Shown: positions 61,322 to 64,000 of the stretch, in pieces | Position numbering within the stretch: the first letter of the stretch is position 1 | Layout: every line of letters starts with the position of its first letter | Source: Oligoflexales bacterium | Lineage (GTDB): Bacteria > Bdellovibrionota_B > Oligoflexia > Oligoflexales > Bog-1112 | Direction of reading: 5' to 3' | Length of the DNA: 64,000 nt | Assembly: GCA_045105515.1 (NCBI GenBank) | Contig: JBGCDR010000156.1 | Location: 66,061 to 130,060, forward strand | The notes under the pieces: generated by a model | Seen by the model: only the letters and a program-made list of their open reading frames with translations | The model's database searches: none | Told to the model about the DNA's origin: nothing | Position numbers and translations under genes: made by a program

Positions 61322-63529
61322 TTGAGAATTATTAGTATTTCAGTAGCTACCGCAAAAGAAAACCCACCTTTTTTCATGCGTTTTCAGCAAGGTACAGGTA
61401 CATTTCAAAACTCTTACTTTCTTGTAGGTGATAATTGTCTCTACCAAAAAGTTAACCAAGCCCTAAGTTTTGCCCTACTAGGCCCTGAGTCTGGGGTAGA
61501 CTATTATGAATCTTCTCTCATCATTGCTGACGATGCAGGTAATTCATGGGAGCTAAAACGTCGAAAAGACCGATATGCTGTATTAAGGAATAATGAAACT
61601 CAAAAAATTACTATTCACCAATATTTTCAAGCAATCACAAATGCTAGTAACAACAATCTTCCATTTTCAATCGGACGGTATCATTTTACTAGACGCGATG
61701 ATCATTTCTACATCGCTCCCTTAAATCAGGAAAACGAAGAAGATCAGATTGTCTATAAATTTATAAGCTCACATATGAGTAAAATATTAGATGCCTGTAA
61801 TTATAGCTTTGGCAATGACAACCTTGGCCAGCAGCATATACTTGAATCCTTATGCGAGAACCTTGAACCAATTTACAATGCTTATAAAGAAACAGTTAGT
61901 CAAATAAGCTCTCTTTCAAATAAAAAAGAAACCAAACCTAGAGATACAGCAAGAGAAATCAATGAGTTAAAAAGACAAGTAGATTTGATGCAAAAAATTG
62001 CAAATTTCACTAGCGAAATTTTAGATGCATCACCTTCCCTAGAAAATTTAAGAAAACAGCTAAAGGCTGGGAATACCAAAATTAAAGACAATTTGAAGGC
62101 TCTCAAATTGTCTGTTGTACCAAATTCACAGTTACCCCCAGACTGGAATGTACCCTTACAATGCTTGTGCTATCTTAATGTTCTAGAAAAAGTTATTCCA
62201 CTGCTTAAGCAAAGCTTAGGACAAATCCAAAGCCACTTCAACGAGTCCCTAAATATTTACAAAAAAGATACTGAAGAATTTCATGAAATTCGCAATCAAA
62301 TTTTGGAAAAACTGAGGCAATTTAGAGAAATAGTACATGAAAAAAGCAGCGAAGAAAAACTACAACATACTCGCTCCTCAGAAGAAGAATCATCTATTTG
62401 GTATCAAATTAAACTTATTACTGGAAAAAAACAGCGAGCAGACCAATTTTCTGAGGACTTAAGCCCGCTATTAAAAGGCCTAGATGAAACAATTTACACA
62501 CTTCATAATATCAACCCACCCAAACAGCTTCCAAAAAATGCTCCCAAAACTTTAGAAGAGTTTTTGCACCAGTCTGTGAGCAAAAAAGAAACATTAAAAA
62601 AACATTGGCAAAAAATTTGTGGAGAATATCAGATTGATGAGAATATAAGCTTGCATGAGTTTTTACAGTTTATCTTGAGATATAATGAACTCTTTATCAT
62701 AATGCAGAAATCAAAAGAAATTTCATCCGATATAAAATCTAAAGAAGAAAAATACAAAAGACTGCAGGAACTCCTCTATGAATGGTACAAGGTCATAGGT
62801 AGCCAAAAAGTCATTAATCTTGATAATCCTCAAATCATCATTAGTGAAGCACAGAATGTTGTACGTTATCAAAAAGAGAAGAAAATAAAGTTAGCATCAA
62901 TTGAATCCAATCAACTAGAAATTGAAGTGAATCTTAAAATTTGCAATAGCCTTAACGCCAAACTTGACAACTATCAACAAGAATGGGAACACCAATTTAA
63001 AAAAATCAAACTTAAAAAAGTAATCGCGATCTCTGATGCGAGGGTTGAACCACTATTTGAAAAATTTCGCCTTCTTAAATCGCTCTCCTTTTTACAAAAT
63101 CATATAACGTCCCTAAAAATCTTTCCTGCTTTTTCAACGGATTGGGTATATGAAACTTTCTGTGTTTGGCGCATACCACTTATAAATATGAATTCAAGCA
63201 TCGTAGATCGACTAATAAATTGCCTCAAAGGTTTACCTGACTCTTCAAAACATATTCTATTTTTTAGAGATTCTGAACTCAGCTCCATTTTACGCGGATC
63301 AGGACTGGGTCAAATCACTGCATTTTCACAACAAAAAGCTAGCAATCCATCAAACAATGATTTCAATGAAAACCCAAACATTGTAGCTCAGCCCACTCCA
63401 ACTTTAGGACAAGAAGTTAAGAAAAAAGCTTCTCTGCCAAGACCGACAAGCCCTCGCCAACCAGAGCTAGTTTCACCAAGGGTTAAAGCAGTCTTGGATC
63501 TCCTAAATGGAAATGGCATCAAAGGCTAA
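61322..63529 (+). CDS. Coiled-coil protein resembling a degenerate SMC/SbcC/YhaN-like ATPase
   Basis: N-terminal MRIISISV..YFLVGDN..ALSFALLG, long heptad-rich centre, C-terminal strand-helix-strand resembling the Walker B/H-loop region; GGAG RBS, TTG start. Confidence 0.55.
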   Translation: MRIISISVATAKENPPFFMRFQQGTGTFQNSYFLVGDNCLYQKVNQALSFALLGPESGVDYYESSLIIADDAGNSWELKRRKDRYAVLRNNETQKITIHQYFQAITNASNNNLPFSIGRYHFTRRDDHFYIAPLNQENEEDQIVYKFISSHMSKILDACNYSFGNDNLGQQHILESLCENLEPIYNAYKETVSQISSLSNKKETKPRDTAREINELKRQVDLMQKIANFTSEILDASPSLENLRKQLKAGNTKIKDNLKALKLSVVPNSQLPPDWNVPLQCLCYLNVLEKVIPLLKQSLGQIQSHFNESLNIYKKDTEEFHEIRNQILEKLRQFREIVHEKSSEEKLQHTRSSEEESSIWYQIKLITGKKQRADQFSEDLSPLLKGLDETIYTLHNINPPKQLPKNAPKTLEEFLHQSVSKKETLKKHWQKICGEYQIDENISLHEFLQFILRYNELFIIMQKSKEISSDIKSKEEKYKRLQELLYEWYKVIGSQKVINLDNPQIIISEAQNVVRYQKEKKIKLASIESNQLEIEVNLKICNSLNAKLDNYQQEWEHQFKKIKLKKVIAISDARVEPLFEKFRLLKSLSFLQNHITSLKIFPAFSTDWVYETFCVWRIPLINMNSSIVDRLINCLKGLPDSSKHILFFRDSELSSILRGSGLGQITAFSQQKASNPSNNDFNENPNIVAQPTPTLGQEVKKKASLPRPTSPRQPELVSPRVKAVLDLLNGNGIKG

Positions 63530-63732
63530 AAGCACTTTTGATATATATGCAATAATGAGCAACACCGTTTCAATAGACTCTTTTATAACCCATATCACCC
63601 CTCTTAAATCCAGCGCCTAGAATTTCCAAACTATTTATTCAGACTAAGAGCTTAATCAGTTGACAAAAGCTTTTAATTTAGACTCGAAGCTTAAAAAGAA
63701 GCTGTAATTAAAATTGGTTATATCCATTAAAC

Positions 63733-64000
63733 GGCGGATTGCTAGATTAAGTGCAGAAGAAAAAATTCCATCGCTTCGGAAGGCGGATTTAGTTTAGTCT
63801 ATGAGGCTAATCTGCTTGCAAGAAAGGGGTATTTATGTCTGCCAATCTCACTTATGAGTAAAGGTATGAGATAGAGGTGCTAATCAAACGCCAATATGAC
63901 GTTGTTGATATTGCTGAATCGGTAGGTGTTCACAACTCAACCATTTACAGAGAGCTAAGAAAAAATTCAAGCTCAAATGGCTACAAAGCCAAGGCAGCAC
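63733..64000 (+). mobile_element. Left end of an IS30-family insertion sequence (runs off the window)
   Basis: Candidate terminal IR GGCGGATTGCTAGATTAAGTGCAG at 63733 (identified by resemblance to IS30-family ends) followed by the transposase N-terminus. Confidence 0.65.
63835..64000 (+). pseudogene. IS30-family transposase N-terminus with premature stop
   Basis: MSANLTYE*RYEIEVLIKRQYDVVDIAESVGVHNSTIYRELRKNSSSNGYKAKAA matches the IS30 HTH pattern (LT..eR..I...IA..lG.h.STI.RElrRN); in-frame TAA at 63859-63861. Confidence 0.8.

Overview
Chromosomal core region of an AT-rich (visually about 38-40% GC) deltaproteobacteria-like bacterium. Gene content and style suggest Oligoflexia/Bdellovibrionota; this is an inference, not a database result. 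The centre (16.5-33.8 kb, minus strand) holds tRNA-Thr/Tyr/Gly/Thr, tuf, tRNA-Trp, secE, nusG, rplKAJL, rpoBC, rpsLG and fusA. It is flanked by housekeeping and signalling genes (S41 protease, NamZ-like, PilZ, DsbA-like, orn, speE, dppBC-like, HU, ftsY, TrmH-family methylase, ntrYX-like, tadA, infC, PIN-PhoH, PrkA, kdsB, HD dNTPase, pyrD, a two-component pair). The window ends in the left end of an inactivated IS30-family element. No CRISPR array, rRNA or prophage was seen. Main leads: (1) a stop-interrupted, +1-offset leader ORF in front of an RHH-like gene and spermidine synthase, a candidate polyamine-sensing recoding/attenuation element; (2) three intact but catalytically dead paralogues (Xer-like recombinase overlapping tadA, ImmA/IrrE-like protease, SMC/YhaN-like ATPase); (3) a nitrite/sulfite-reductase-like Fe-S domain fused to a very long acidic disordered tract; (4) an orphan infC behind a near-consensus sigma54 promoter; (5) a recurring sigma28/FliA-type promoter motif in front of non-flagellar genes; (6) a str-operon EF-G of the recycling-type (EF-G2) class.
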